Assembly (NCBI GenBank): GCA_964518475.1
Contig: CAZFGR010000001.1
Span: 128,001 to 192,000 of the forward strand
DNA: 64,000 bases
Source of the DNA: an uncultured Nitrososphaerota archaeon
Lineage (GTDB): Archaea > Asgardarchaeota > Njordarchaeia > Njordarchaeales > Njordarchaeaceae
Direction of reading: 5' to 3'
The translations under genes and the position numbers were made by a program. Below, piece after piece: positions 1 through 9,360 of this stretch. The notes beneath the pieces were generated by a model. The model did no database searches, was not told the origin of the DNA, and worked only from the letters and a program-made list of their open reading frames with translations. Each line of letters begins with the position of its first letter. Within the stretch, counting starts at the first letter, position 1.

Positions 1-368
1 ACAATTCCCTTAACAACCCAGGGCTGAAAAACAGCTATAGACGCTATTGTGAATTCAATATCATCTCGCCACCTAGCTACCACGGGGTAAGGATCCAAAA
101 CAGCGTGTCCTCTCTCAGCAAAAAAGCCCGTCCATTTCCGTATGGTGTTGTGAATATCCCACTCCCTAGACCAAGTGTTGTCTTCGATAAATCTATATTC
201 TCCTTCACATTCAACGTCTCCACAAGTTTCTCGATCCGGATTTAATGTCCAGAAAAACCTTCCACAAACCTTACACTGTTTGCGCACGAATCCCATTTCT
301 TTAAAGAATTCAGTCTCATATTCTTCCTTACCAAATAGTTTGAATAATTCCTCTTTACTAATGCTCAT
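1..368 (-). CDS. alaS: Alanyl-tRNA synthetase, archaeal type (N-terminal part; runs off the window start)
   Basis: Manual translation from ATG 368: MSISKEELFKLFGKEEYETEFFKEMGFVRKQCKVCGRFFWT...TCGD...YPVVARWRDDIEFTIASIAVFQPWVVKG, the archaeal AlaRS N-terminal signature. Not in the ORF track. Confidence 0.93.
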   Translation of the reverse strand, partial: MSISKEELFKLFGKEEYETEFFKEMGFVRKQCKVCGRFFWTLNPDRETCGDVECEGEYRFIEDNTWSREWDIHNTIRKWTGFFAERGHAVLDPYPVVARWRDDIEFTIASIAVFQPWVVKGI

Positions 369-509
369 TGTACCGCCCCAGTCATATATAAGGCTACTCA
401 ATTATATACGTCTCAACTAAAGCTACAGTCTAAAATAATAATAGATGGAGGAAGACGAAAGCTTTTTTAATGATGATGGAAGAGATAGATATACCTTTTA
501 TGGTAAGAT

Positions 510-584
510 GGACGGGTAGCTCAGTGGTAGAGCGCCGGCTTCGCAAGCCGGAGGCCGCGGGTTCGAATCCCGCCCCGTCCACCA
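510..584 (+). tRNA. tRNA-Ala(CGC), CCA encoded, no intron; acceptor pair 3:70 is A:U
   Basis: Cloverleaf GGACGGG-TA-GCTC/GAGC-CCGGC-TT CGC AA-GCCGG-AGGCC-GCGGG TTCGAAT CCCGC-CCCGTCC-A-CCA. Confidence 0.97.
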
Positions 585-703
585 TTTTCAAGCTAATCAG
601 ATTTTCTTCTCTTTTCTACCGCCCAGATCTTGATTCCGTATTCTTTATATATCAGCTTTTCTTAAGAATTGATTGAGTAGTACAATTTTAAGCGGTGCCT
701 TAA

Positions 704-1501
704 TTGGTTAAAGCGATTAGATATGCGGCAGGTCTAGCTCACTTCTTAGCAATCATTGCAATAATATGTGAAACAGTGGCTGCGGTTATGTTATTTATAA
801 TGGCTACTATTATCTGGGGCATCGCTCTAATACAGAATCCTAGTATTTGGTGGCCAGTATTCGAGAAAATAACCATTGCAACTATAGGCATCTCTTTCTT
901 GATAACTTTTGCTCTCTTATACACACCATTGTATGAGTTCCTATCATATGTGTGGCGAACATTCGTAACTTTCTTTTTAACACTTGTTTCCCTTTATACA
1001 ATAATAGTGGTGAGTTGGCCTTCTGCAGTTAACGCTCAACAAGACACTCTTTTACAATTCGCCTTCTTAGCTATGATAATCTTCATTGCTGAAATTGTTC
1101 TTTTCTACATATTGTATATGATAAGAGGCAGGAAACTATCTTTCATTATTCGTCACAAAAATGCATTGGAAGAGATTTCTAGAGGATTAGGCACTTTATC
1201 TGAGATAATTAAGGAGAAAAAAGATTTAGACCCCATACTTAGAGCTAGTAACGCTGCTTATCAGTCTTGGACACACATTGTTAAGTATGAAGTATTAGAA
1301 AGATGGGACATAAGTAGAATAATGTTTCAGGCATTAATAATCTCGCTTGCATTCTTCATAGCCGGTGTTGCCTTGACTTATCAACAAATAGGTTATTCAG
1401 ACTTGGTAATATTCCTAGGCGCTGCAACTTTTGTTGTGCTAGTATTGCTCATAGCAATAGATATAATTCGCAGCGAAAAAACTAGAGCTATGTTGCTCTA
1501 A
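704..1501 (+). CDS. Hypothetical multi-pass membrane protein
   Basis: 265-aa ORF with about 6 hydrophobic segments; no recognised motif. Confidence 0.6.
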   Translation: MVKAIRYAAGLAHFLAIIAIICETVAAVMLFIMATIIWGIALIQNPSIWWPVFEKITIATIGISFLITFALLYTPLYEFLSYVWRTFVTFFLTLVSLYTIIVVSWPSAVNAQQDTLLQFAFLAMIIFIAEIVLFYILYMIRGRKLSFIIRHKNALEEISRGLGTLSEIIKEKKDLDPILRASNAAYQSWTHIVKYEVLERWDISRIMFQALIISLAFFIAGVALTYQQIGYSDLVIFLGAATFVVLVLLIAIDIIRSEKTRAMLL

Positions 1502-1971
1502 TGTTTTCCTATCATACAGGGCTTAATAAGTAACTCCTCAATTTTTTTCTCAATACTGTCGTTAACGCTGCATAGATCATTAATCTCCATCACAATTGAG
1601 CTATTTGAGTCGTATACTATGAAAGAACGTCCATCAGTTAAAATTACATGCGAAGGTTTTAGAAGATAGAGATAGGTCCTAACAACGAGCCTTTCCAGCT
1701 TCTTTTTAACTTCCTCTTTTCTCAAGTTCCATTCTTCTTCCGGCTCAATAATCTCCCATACACTTTCAATCTTCTTATCATTGCAGAGGACCACGATGTC
1801 TGGTAAGACTTCAAGGATTTCTTCCTGAACTTTTATTTTTTCCTCAAGAACTCCTTTGGATACAAGCCACATTTTGAACATGACTACTATCATATCATGA
1901 CTTTTTTTACCTTCTCTGCTCACCAATTCCCCAATTTTTTTAAGAGAGATGCCATTCATAATGCTCACCAT
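1498..1971 (-). CDS. Hypothetical protein, possible PD-(D/E)XK / HsdR-N-like fold
   Basis: PDIVV...WEI and ILTDGRSFIVYD resemble type I restriction enzyme N-terminal domain motifs. Confidence 0.4.
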   Translation of the reverse strand: MVSIMNGISLKKIGELVSREGKKSHDMIVVMFKMWLVSKGVLEEKIKVQEEILEVLPDIVVLCNDKKIESVWEIIEPEEEWNLRKEEVKKKLERLVVRTYLYLLKPSHVILTDGRSFIVYDSNSSIVMEINDLCSVNDSIEKKIEELLIKPCMIGKH

Positions 1972-2299
1972 TTCAAGCCAAGGAAATTTCGTTCTAAAAC
2001 ACGATATTTCATTTTTATATCATGATCCTTTACTTGTTTCGAACTACGGTATTCCAGTCGCTACAATTAGGGCTTTAAAACCTATCTCAAAACTTTGAAA
2101 AGGATAGTGAGCTAAGAAATGAAAAGAAAAATACTCACCTCTTAGTCGACCGTAAATCTTTAATATTAAATATGCCATACGACTTTTTTCTTTATTGTAG
2201 TACTAACTAAAGATAGAGATTGAGAAGTCATGCTTAGACAAGTCTCGCTTCTTGTAATATTTGCCTTATTCTTAGTGTTGAATTGTTAGGGAGATATGT

Positions 2300-5200
2300 A
2301 TGTACTTCGAAATACCAAAGAAACTAGCGAGTATTAGATTCGGGATAATGTCTCCAGAAGAGATTAGGAAATTAGCTGTAGTGAGAATAGACCAGTCCAC
2401 TTTATATGATGATGAGGGCAGAGGATTCCCAGGAAGTCCTCTGGATAGAAGGCTGGGTTCTCCAGATAATAGAGAAAGATGCGAATATTGTGGGCTTAGA
2501 AGGCGTGAAGGGGAAACTGGTTGTATAGGTCATTTCGGTTATATTTCTCTTGCAATGCCTGTCTATCATCTCGGATTTGTTAAATACATAGAAAAGGTTT
2601 TAAATGCTATTTGTGAAAGGTGTGGCCGCCTTACTTTACCTCCAGAAAAGCGCGAAAAATATTGGGCTAAAATGAAAGAATTCATTGATCGGTATGGATA
2701 TCCTAGTCCAGAAATAGCGAAAGAGGTACTTAATGAGGCTATAAAGGAAAAGAAATGTTATAACCTTAATTGTGGTCATGAAAAAGTTGGAAAATTTATT
2801 TGGTCAAAAGAATATCTCACATTTATCAAGCGAATCGAAATACCTCCAGAAAAACTTGAGGAAATCAAAAAATCAGAGAAAAGCAGTTTAAGCGCTTACT
2901 TAATTGGTAGGCGAAGGCCTCGTATCGTTAAAGGTCGTGGCAATAAGTATTATGAAAACCAATACTTAACAGCTCAACAAATAAAGCAAATTCTCGAGAC
3001 CATTTATGATCCTAAAGAGGATTACTCCCCAGAAGAAAGAGAAGAACGCAGAAAAGACGTCTTCTTATTAGGTTTCCACCCAGATTATGCTCTTCCTCAA
3101 TGGACTATTCTCCAAGACCTCCCTGTACCTCCCATAACAGTTCGTCCACCAGTTGTGACGGCTGATGGTAAACGATCCGAGGATCACTTAACTATAACGC
3201 TTCGAGACATTGTAAGAATAAATGAACAACTAAAAAACAAACTACGTGGGGGCCCATCCCCTGTCATAGAATCTAACTGGCAAAAACTTCAAAAACTTGT
3301 CATGGTTTTGTTTGGACTTCACAAAGTTGGTGAAATTAAGCTTGAAAGCTTGTATGTTAAGGGTATTGTGCACAGACTGTCTGGTAAGGAGGGTAGATTC
3401 AGACATAATCTGAGTGGAAAAAGAGTTGATTTCTCTGGCAGAGCTGTTATATCTCCGGATCCATACTTAAGTGTTGATGAAATCGGTGTGCCAGAAAAAA
3501 TGGCACGAGTTCTTATAGTGCCTGAAGTAGTTAATGAGCTGAATATCGAGAGACTAAGACAGCTCGTTATAAATGGCCCGGATAATTATCCAGGAGCTGT
3601 ATTCATATGGCAAAAACGAGGAGAAATGTATCATAAAATATCCTTAGAAGTCTTCAAAGGTGTTGAGGAACGGAAAGCCAAAGCTCTTGAATTAAAGCCT
3701 GGGGATATCGTAGAGCGACATTTAATGGATGGGGACATAGTAGTCTTCAATAGGCAACCCACACTTCATAGAATTTCCATGATGGGGCATTATGTACGTG
3801 TACTGCCTTACAATACACTCCGTCTTCACTTACATTCCTGCCCTCCATATAATGCAGACTTTGATGGAGATGAAATGAATATTCACTTGCCAAGATCTCT
3901 TGAGACGCGCGCAGAGATATCAACAATAATGGAAGTGAAAAGACATATCATTACTCCAAGATACGGGGGCCCAATAATTGGTCCCAAGCAAGACTATATT
4001 ACTGGGGCCTACCTCCTTACGAAGGATGATACCCTATTATCGCTCGAAGAAGCCGTTCAAATTTTATTCTATGCTGGTATTACATCATTACCCGAGCCAA
4101 CAACCGTTATTGGTAGAGAGCCTTATTGGAGCGGAAAAGATCTTTTCTCTCAGATCATTCCACGGTATATCTTTTATGAAAAAGACGTAAAAGGCGCTTT
4201 GTGTGGTAAGAAAGGCTCAGAGAAATGCAAAGTTAAAATATGGGATGGTAAAATCCTCGAAGGCGTTATAGATAAGAACGCTATAGGTGCTGAAAAACCA
4301 GAAAACCTTGTTCAGAGAATCATTGATAGGTGGGGATACGAAGCTGGTAAGAAATTCCTGAATAGTATGGGTGCAATGATTATTCGGTATCTAACTGATA
4401 GAGGTTTTAGCTTGACATTATGGGATATAAAATTACCAGCTGAAACTAGAGAAAAAATCAGAAAGGTACTGGCAGAGTACATAGAGAAGGCGAATAATCT
4501 AGTAAGACAATATCTTGAAGGAAAACTTGAACCAGACCCAGGAAAAACTCTTGAAGATACATTCGAGGACAAACTAGTCGAAATCCTAGATGAGGCGAGA
4601 ACGAAAGCTGGGGAGATAGTAATGGAATCAATGCCTATGGATAGCCAATTCTTAGCAATGACTGTAACGGGCGCGAGAGGAGATGAGACCAATATTCAGC
4701 AAGTACTAGCATGTATTGGCCAGCCAGTGGTTAGAGGGAAACGATTAAGAAGAGGTTATGACCAGCGTACTTTGCCTCATTTCAAGAAGGGGGACGTAGG
4801 TCCTTATGCCGGTGGTTTCACGATAAACAGTTTCTCATCTGGCATGTCACCTATCGAGTATTTCTTCCATAATGCTGGTGGAAGAGATAGTCTTGTCGAT
4901 ACTGCGGTTAGAACAGCTGATAGTGGATACTTCTATCGACGATTAGTCAATGCTTTGCAGGATAGTAGAATAGAATATGATGGTACAGCGAGAATGATGA
5001 GTGGTCATATAGTTCAGTTCAGATACGGTGGAGATGGCATTCATCCAGGAAAAAGCTTCCATGGCAAGCTTACAGATTACGAATCATTGTTCTACGAAAT
5101 AATTGTACGTAGAGAAGATAATGGTAAGAAAGTTAAAACTTCTAGGAAGACTTGGCCGAAGTATTATGATGAAGTGATAGAAGAAATCACTGAGAAAACT

Positions 5201-6361
5201 TCTAAAGCTATCGCTGAAGATATAAGAAAAATATTCAAAGACATGTTGAAGAAAGGTTATGTGCTATCCGAAGAAGAAGTAAAAGAATACAAGGAGAAAA
5301 TACTCGAAAAGTATCTACAAGCGCAAATAGATCCAGGCGAAGCGGCTGGAACGGTAGCTGCTCAATCTGTAAGCGAGCCAGCGACGCAATTAACTCTCCG
5401 TACATTCCACTGGGCCGGCGTAGCAGCCTTTAGCATTACAACGGGTCTACCAAGGCTGAAAGAGATTTTTGATGCTGTGGAGAGGCCTAGTACTCCGATG
5501 ATTTCCGTGTACCTAGAGAGTGATTACAAACGAAGTAAGAAGAAAGCCGAGGAAATCTTCAGCTACATACGAGCAGTCACTATCTTGCATCTAATTAAAC
5601 AAGATGGGCTTCAAATAGAGCCTGGAGAAAACAGAATAAAAGTTGTTTTGAGCAGGGAAAGACTCCGCCACTATAATTTAACCCCAGAGATCGTTAAAGA
5701 GAAAATTGAGAAAATCGGAAAAGTCCGAGTTGAGCACCCAAGCAGTTATATATTATATATCTACCCAGCAGACACTGATGTAAGCTTAACTGAGATCTAT
5801 CGAAAACTCCGCGAAAAAGTCTTCAAAGGTTTCAAGGAATATGAGCGAGCACAGCTTAGGAAATCAGATGAATTCGATGAATATTATATTGTAATAGCAG
5901 GATCCGATATTACACCCCTACTGTACGTGAAAGGCGTTGACGTGTCTAGGCTAGAAACAAACAACATCCACATGTTCGCAAAGATTTTCGGTATTGAGGC
6001 TGCTCGAAGATTAATTGCAAAAGAAGCTAAGAACGTCCTTGATCAGTATGGTCTTGACGTGGACATGCGTCACATTCTCTACATAACTGATGTCATGACT
6101 ATGCATGGCCACATCGAAGCTATTGGAAGATATGGAATTGCTGGAAAGAAACTAAGTGTACTAGCCCGGGCAGCTTTTGAAGAAACCGGTAAGCATTTGT
6201 TCCGTGCTGCTGCAGCTGGTATGGTAGATCCCCTCTTAGGTGCTACAGAAAATGTCATAGTGGGAGGAGTTCCACCTTTGGGTACGGGAGTAGTAAAGCT
6301 TGGATTTTTCAAAAAACCAATTAAACAAAACCAGGCTCAGGCCACGATCTCTAACTCTTAA
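2300..6361 (+). CDS. rpoA: DNA-directed RNA polymerase largest subunit, fused A'+A''
   Basis: GHFGYI, GKRVDFSGR, YNADFDGDEMN, DTAVRTADSGY, then the A''-type GTVAAQSVSEPATQLTLRTFH and ARAAFEET in one 1353-aa ORF. Confidence 0.98.
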   Translation: MYFEIPKKLASIRFGIMSPEEIRKLAVVRIDQSTLYDDEGRGFPGSPLDRRLGSPDNRERCEYCGLRRREGETGCIGHFGYISLAMPVYHLGFVKYIEKVLNAICERCGRLTLPPEKREKYWAKMKEFIDRYGYPSPEIAKEVLNEAIKEKKCYNLNCGHEKVGKFIWSKEYLTFIKRIEIPPEKLEEIKKSEKSSLSAYLIGRRRPRIVKGRGNKYYENQYLTAQQIKQILETIYDPKEDYSPEEREERRKDVFLLGFHPDYALPQWTILQDLPVPPITVRPPVVTADGKRSEDHLTITLRDIVRINEQLKNKLRGGPSPVIESNWQKLQKLVMVLFGLHKVGEIKLESLYVKGIVHRLSGKEGRFRHNLSGKRVDFSGRAVISPDPYLSVDEIGVPEKMARVLIVPEVVNELNIERLRQLVINGPDNYPGAVFIWQKRGEMYHKISLEVFKGVEERKAKALELKPGDIVERHLMDGDIVVFNRQPTLHRISMMGHYVRVLPYNTLRLHLHSCPPYNADFDGDEMNIHLPRSLETRAEISTIMEVKRHIITPRYGGPIIGPKQDYITGAYLLTKDDTLLSLEEAVQILFYAGITSLPEPTTVIGREPYWSGKDLFSQIIPRYIFYEKDVKGALCGKKGSEKCKVKIWDGKILEGVIDKNAIGAEKPENLVQRIIDRWGYEAGKKFLNSMGAMIIRYLTDRGFSLTLWDIKLPAETREKIRKVLAEYIEKANNLVRQYLEGKLEPDPGKTLEDTFEDKLVEILDEARTKAGEIVMESMPMDSQFLAMTVTGARGDETNIQQVLACIGQPVVRGKRLRRGYDQRTLPHFKKGDVGPYAGGFTINSFSSGMSPIEYFFHNAGGRDSLVDTAVRTADSGYFYRRLVNALQDSRIEYDGTARMMSGHIVQFRYGGDGIHPGKSFHGKLTDYESLFYEIIVRREDNGKKVKTSRKTWPKYYDEVIEEITEKTSKAIAEDIRKIFKDMLKKGYVLSEEEVKEYKEKILEKYLQAQIDPGEAAGTVAAQSVSEPATQLTLRTFHWAGVAAFSITTGLPRLKEIFDAVERPSTPMISVYLESDYKRSKKKAEEIFSYIRAVTILHLIKQDGLQIEPGENRIKVVLSRERLRHYNLTPEIVKEKIEKIGKVRVEHPSSYILYIYPADTDVSLTEIYRKLREKVFKGFKEYERAQLRKSDEFDEYYIVIAGSDITPLLYVKGVDVSRLETNNIHMFAKIFGIEAARRLIAKEAKNVLDQYGLDVDMRHILYITDVMTMHGHIEAIGRYGIAGKKLSVLARAAFEETGKHLFRAAAAGMVDPLLGATENVIVGGVPPLGTGVVKLGFFKKPIKQNQAQATISNS

Positions 6362-6908
6362 GCAGATCCTCTGCTACAGCTACTACTAATATATCATCTA
6401 ACGTTTCTTCTAAACTCTTTTTAGGCTTCTTTTCTTCTTTTACTTCAATGCCTTCTGCAACTTTTAGTTCAGGAAGAACTAATTCTTGAGAAGTACCCGT
6501 AGCTTTTCGCTTCATAGCTATTGATTCTTGCGCGCTTACGGCGATACTTGGTTGAGATATGATATTACTTATTCTTTGAACCTGTATTATATTCTCGTTC
6601 AATGTTCCTATTAGGGAATTTAGTACTGATATCATTTCTTTTAATTCCTTAAGAGTCTTTTCGTTTTCTCCCTTCTTTGTTTTTTTCTTAGCTATCTTCT
6701 TTTCTCGAGCTACTCGTCTTCCAAAAAGTTCTTTGTAGAATTCGTTAAAAGCTCTTTTAATTATTTCCTCAACGGAGACTCCTAAGAGATCAGCAGCGTC
6801 GATCATTTTTTCAAACAGGTCCTTGGGAAGAACAAACATTACTTTAACTAAATTTCTATCCTTGTCCTCATGGAGAATCCTAGAATACGGATCAGATAGA
6901 CCACTCAC
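6351..6908 (-). CDS. Hypothetical protein with N-terminal ribbon-helix-helix-like segment and coiled coil
   Basis: VKVMFVLPKDLFEKMIDAADLLGVSVEEIIKRAF resembles CopG/RHH. Confidence 0.5.
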   Translation of the reverse strand: MSGLSDPYSRILHEDKDRNLVKVMFVLPKDLFEKMIDAADLLGVSVEEIIKRAFNEFYKELFGRRVAREKKIAKKKTKKGENEKTLKELKEMISVLNSLIGTLNENIIQVQRISNIISQPSIAVSAQESIAMKRKATGTSQELVLPELKVAEGIEVKEEKKPKKSLEETLDDILVVAVAEDLLKS

Positions 6909-6979
6909 AACAGCTCACATTATCTTATAGTGATTAAATTAGGGATAGAGGAAACTACAAGCAATTACCTCGTTTGGAG

Positions 6980-7329
6980 GGCACGGCCATCCCCGGCGGG
7001 AAAGCCTCCCTACTCTCTGATCTCGAATCTCAACTTTTCCCCGCTTAGTCTCGGAGCATAGGGGCGCTGGGTTAGGCGCGCTCCCTTCCGGGCCTACGCC
7101 GATTCCCCACCGCCCCACGACGGGCTCCTAGACACCCGCCTTCCAGCGGGTGTCTAGGAGCACGCCCCTATCCCCGAGAGGCGGGGAATCATCGTCTCGA
7201 TTCGAGATCAGAGAGTAGGGTTTTAACTTCCCCATCCGGGGACTTTCGGGCCCGCCATATCGGGGATTTGCGGCCGGAACCGCTGTGCGGTTCCGGGAGG
7301 GACCCCGAGCCCCTCGCCCTAGCCGTGCC
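6980..7329 (-). ncRNA. Archaeal SRP (7S) RNA
   Basis: GC-rich island; termini GGCACGGCT/GGCCGTGCC pair (helix 1); helix 8 motif AGGCCCGGAAGGGAGC; helix 6 GCTCCTAGACACCCGCT-GGAA-GGCGGGTGTCTAGGAGC; 22-bp helix 5 segment 7008-7029/7199-7220. Confidence 0.92.
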
Positions 7330-7509
7330 TTTCTCCCTAGCCTAGTTAGGGTATCTAAATATATATGTGTTTTCTTATTTAATATATTGCTTCCTGGTGG
7401 CTTTTAAAGTCTTAACTCTTCATACAATAAAGAAAAATAATGGTGCAATTATATGAATTGAGGTCTTCTCAGAAGTGGTCTCGTTTAGCCTATATTTTAG
7501 TCTTGTAAC

Positions 7510-7776
7510 TCATATTCTAGAAATGGATTTTATTTCTGCACTGGCTCCTTCGATACTGTTTAGGATCTCTTCAAGTTGCCTAATTTTTTCTTCTTTCTCG
7601 GGGACAAGAAAAGCTATTATCAACTTATTTATTCCGAATGCTAATGGCTCTATCTTGTGATCTTTTATTTCAATATCATCAGGAAGGCTCTCCTTAAGAT
7701 CCTTTAAAACGCGTTCTAGGTCCGTATCTGTATCATCTGGATATATTTCCACAATAACAGCGTTGTAGGCTGTCAT
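7510..7776 (-). CDS. ef1b: Translation elongation factor 1-beta
   Basis: 88 aa, IYPDDTDTDLE...IEPLAFGINKL. Confidence 0.93.
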   Translation of the reverse strand: MTAYNAVIVEIYPDDTDTDLERVLKDLKESLPDDIEIKDHKIEPLAFGINKLIIAFLVPEKEEKIRQLEEILNSIEGASAEIKSISRI

Positions 7777-7788
7777 ACCTATACCACC

Positions 7789-8052
7789 TTAAGGATACTC
7801 ATAACCACATACAGGACATTTAGCAATATTTCCAGCCTTTCTACATTTAGAACATCTAATAAGAACACCCTCTCCACAGTTTGGACACTGCATTGCTATA
7901 GCTCCTATGTCTCTCGGAGAGATAACTTTGCTGCACGAGGAGCACCTAGGCATATCAATGTACCTTGGCTCAGTAATGCTCCTCCGATCTCTTATTGTTG
8001 GCATCTCGTTTTCTTCTCTTCTAGCTACTCTGAAGAGATTCGCTACCTTCAT
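7789..8052 (-). CDS. Zn-ribbon protein (DUF1610/HVO_2753 family)
   Basis: CSSC..CPNCG..RCSKCRK..CPVCGYEYP, in the usual position upstream of EF-1beta. Confidence 0.88.
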   Translation of the reverse strand: MKVANLFRVARREENEMPTIRDRRSITEPRYIDMPRCSSCSKVISPRDIGAIAMQCPNCGEGVLIRCSKCRKAGNIAKCPVCGYEYP

Positions 8053-8127
8053 GGGAATCCCTCAAGAATTAAAAATATTAATGGTGAGAAAAACTAGATA
8101 TGGCTATAAAAGTTTTAGGGATTTACA

Positions 8128-9120
8128 ATGGATAGGGATGAGTTTATTAAGAGGCTAAAACCTGTCCAAGACATTACTATTCGAAAGGATATGAAAGTAA
8201 GGGAGCTGATAGAAGAATTCTCAAAAATTGGGGGATTTGTCGCTAAAAAAGTGTATATAGCAGCAGAAATTCTTGCAGACATGCTATTAGATGATAAAAG
8301 CACGAACTTTCTAGCTTTCCCAGCAGCTATTATCGCTACTGGTTTACGAGGAGTAATCGTTGAGATGGTGAAAAGAGGGTTCTTTGATGTTATAATTACG
8401 ACATGCGGGACTATTGATCATGATATTGCTAGAACGCGGCGGAGATATTATCAGGGATGGTTTGAGGCTGATGACTTATGGCTAAATGAGATGAATATTC
8501 ATAGGCTTGGAAATATCTTTATTCCGATAGAAAATTACGGAATTATAATAGAGGAAGTTGCACAAAAACTCTTAAAGAAGCTATGGAGAGAGGGAATATC
8601 AAGGATTTCAACGAGAGAATTAATTTGGCAATTAGCTGATGTCATTGATGAGCAGAAAGACTCTCGAGAAAAAAGCCTCATATGGTGGGCTCGAAGGAAA
8701 GGAATTCCTATATATGTTCCTGGGATAACCGATGGAGCTTTTGGATATCAGATATGGCTCTTTTCTCAAGACAAAGACTTTATCATTGATATCCTAAGAG
8801 ACGAGACGGAAATATCTGAGATAATATATGATTCAGAAAGAACCGGAGCTCTAATAATAGGGGGAGGCATTTCAAAACATCACGTAATATGGTGGAATCA
8901 ATTCAAAGAGGGTTTAAATCGAGCAGTGTACATTACAACGGCAGTTGAATGGGATGGCTCCTTGTCTGGAGCAAGAACTAGAGAAGCGATTTCTTGGGGA
9001 AAAATCTCTAAGAAAGCCCAACACGTCACTGTAGAAGGGGATGCAACATATATTCTGCCTCTACTAGCTAGTTATTTGATAGATAAAGTAGGAGAGAGAA
9101 AGAATAAGAAACTCCTATGA
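8128..9120 (+). CDS. dys: Deoxyhypusine synthase
   Basis: RLGNIFIP, PGITDGAFG, IGGGISKHH, WDGSLSGA, EAISWGKI. Confidence 0.96.
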   Translation: MDRDEFIKRLKPVQDITIRKDMKVRELIEEFSKIGGFVAKKVYIAAEILADMLLDDKSTNFLAFPAAIIATGLRGVIVEMVKRGFFDVIITTCGTIDHDIARTRRRYYQGWFEADDLWLNEMNIHRLGNIFIPIENYGIIIEEVAQKLLKKLWREGISRISTRELIWQLADVIDEQKDSREKSLIWWARRKGIPIYVPGITDGAFGYQIWLFSQDKDFIIDILRDETEISEIIYDSERTGALIIGGGISKHHVIWWNQFKEGLNRAVYITTAVEWDGSLSGARTREAISWGKISKKAQHVTVEGDATYILPLLASYLIDKVGERKNKKLL

Positions 9121-9145
9121 TTGCTATTATGATTTTATGATTATC

Positions 9146-9202
9146 TATCAGAGCGTCGCGAGATCTTCATGAGGATCCGATTGGAGTGGCTTCATCATGC
9201 TC
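9146..9202 (-). ncRNA. Box C/D guide sRNA
   Basis: Minus strand: ATGATGA-AGCCACTCCAAT-CGGA-tcctc-ATGAAGA-TCTCGCGACGCT-CTGA (C, 12-nt guide, D', C', 12-nt guide, D). Confidence 0.85.
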
Positions 9203-9284
9203 TAAATGAATTTTGCAGAGTAAAGATTATACGCGGACGAGATTAAACATAAATTTAAAGTTCCCAATCTAGATTAAACCTTGC

Positions 9285-9356
9285 ATGCCCCCGAGTCGGG
9301 GAGGCGGACCTAGAAAGATCTCTAGGGATGACTTCCTCCCCACGGGGGCTACATTA
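9285..9356 (+). ncRNA. Single-hairpin box H/ACA guide RNA, probable target 16S rRNA U891 region
   Basis: Basal stem GCCCCCG/CGGGGGC, pocket AGTCG and CTCCCCA, K-turn CGGA/GGATGA, apical stem CCTAGA/TCTAGG, ACA 15 nt from the top of the pocket; TTTAAA about 30 nt upstream. Confidence 0.8.
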
Positions 9357-9360
9357 TTTA

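Noticed and set aside
175-676. ORFs 175-420(+) and 470-676(+)
   Set aside because: The first is antisense to alaS and the second overlaps tRNA-Ala
6980-7329. RNase P RNA, MITE or CRISPR explanation for the GC-rich inverted repeats
   Set aside because: No RNase P GAGGAAAGUCC/ACAGAA motifs and no spacer-repeat periodicity; SRP helix 6 and 8 motifs and terminal pairing are present
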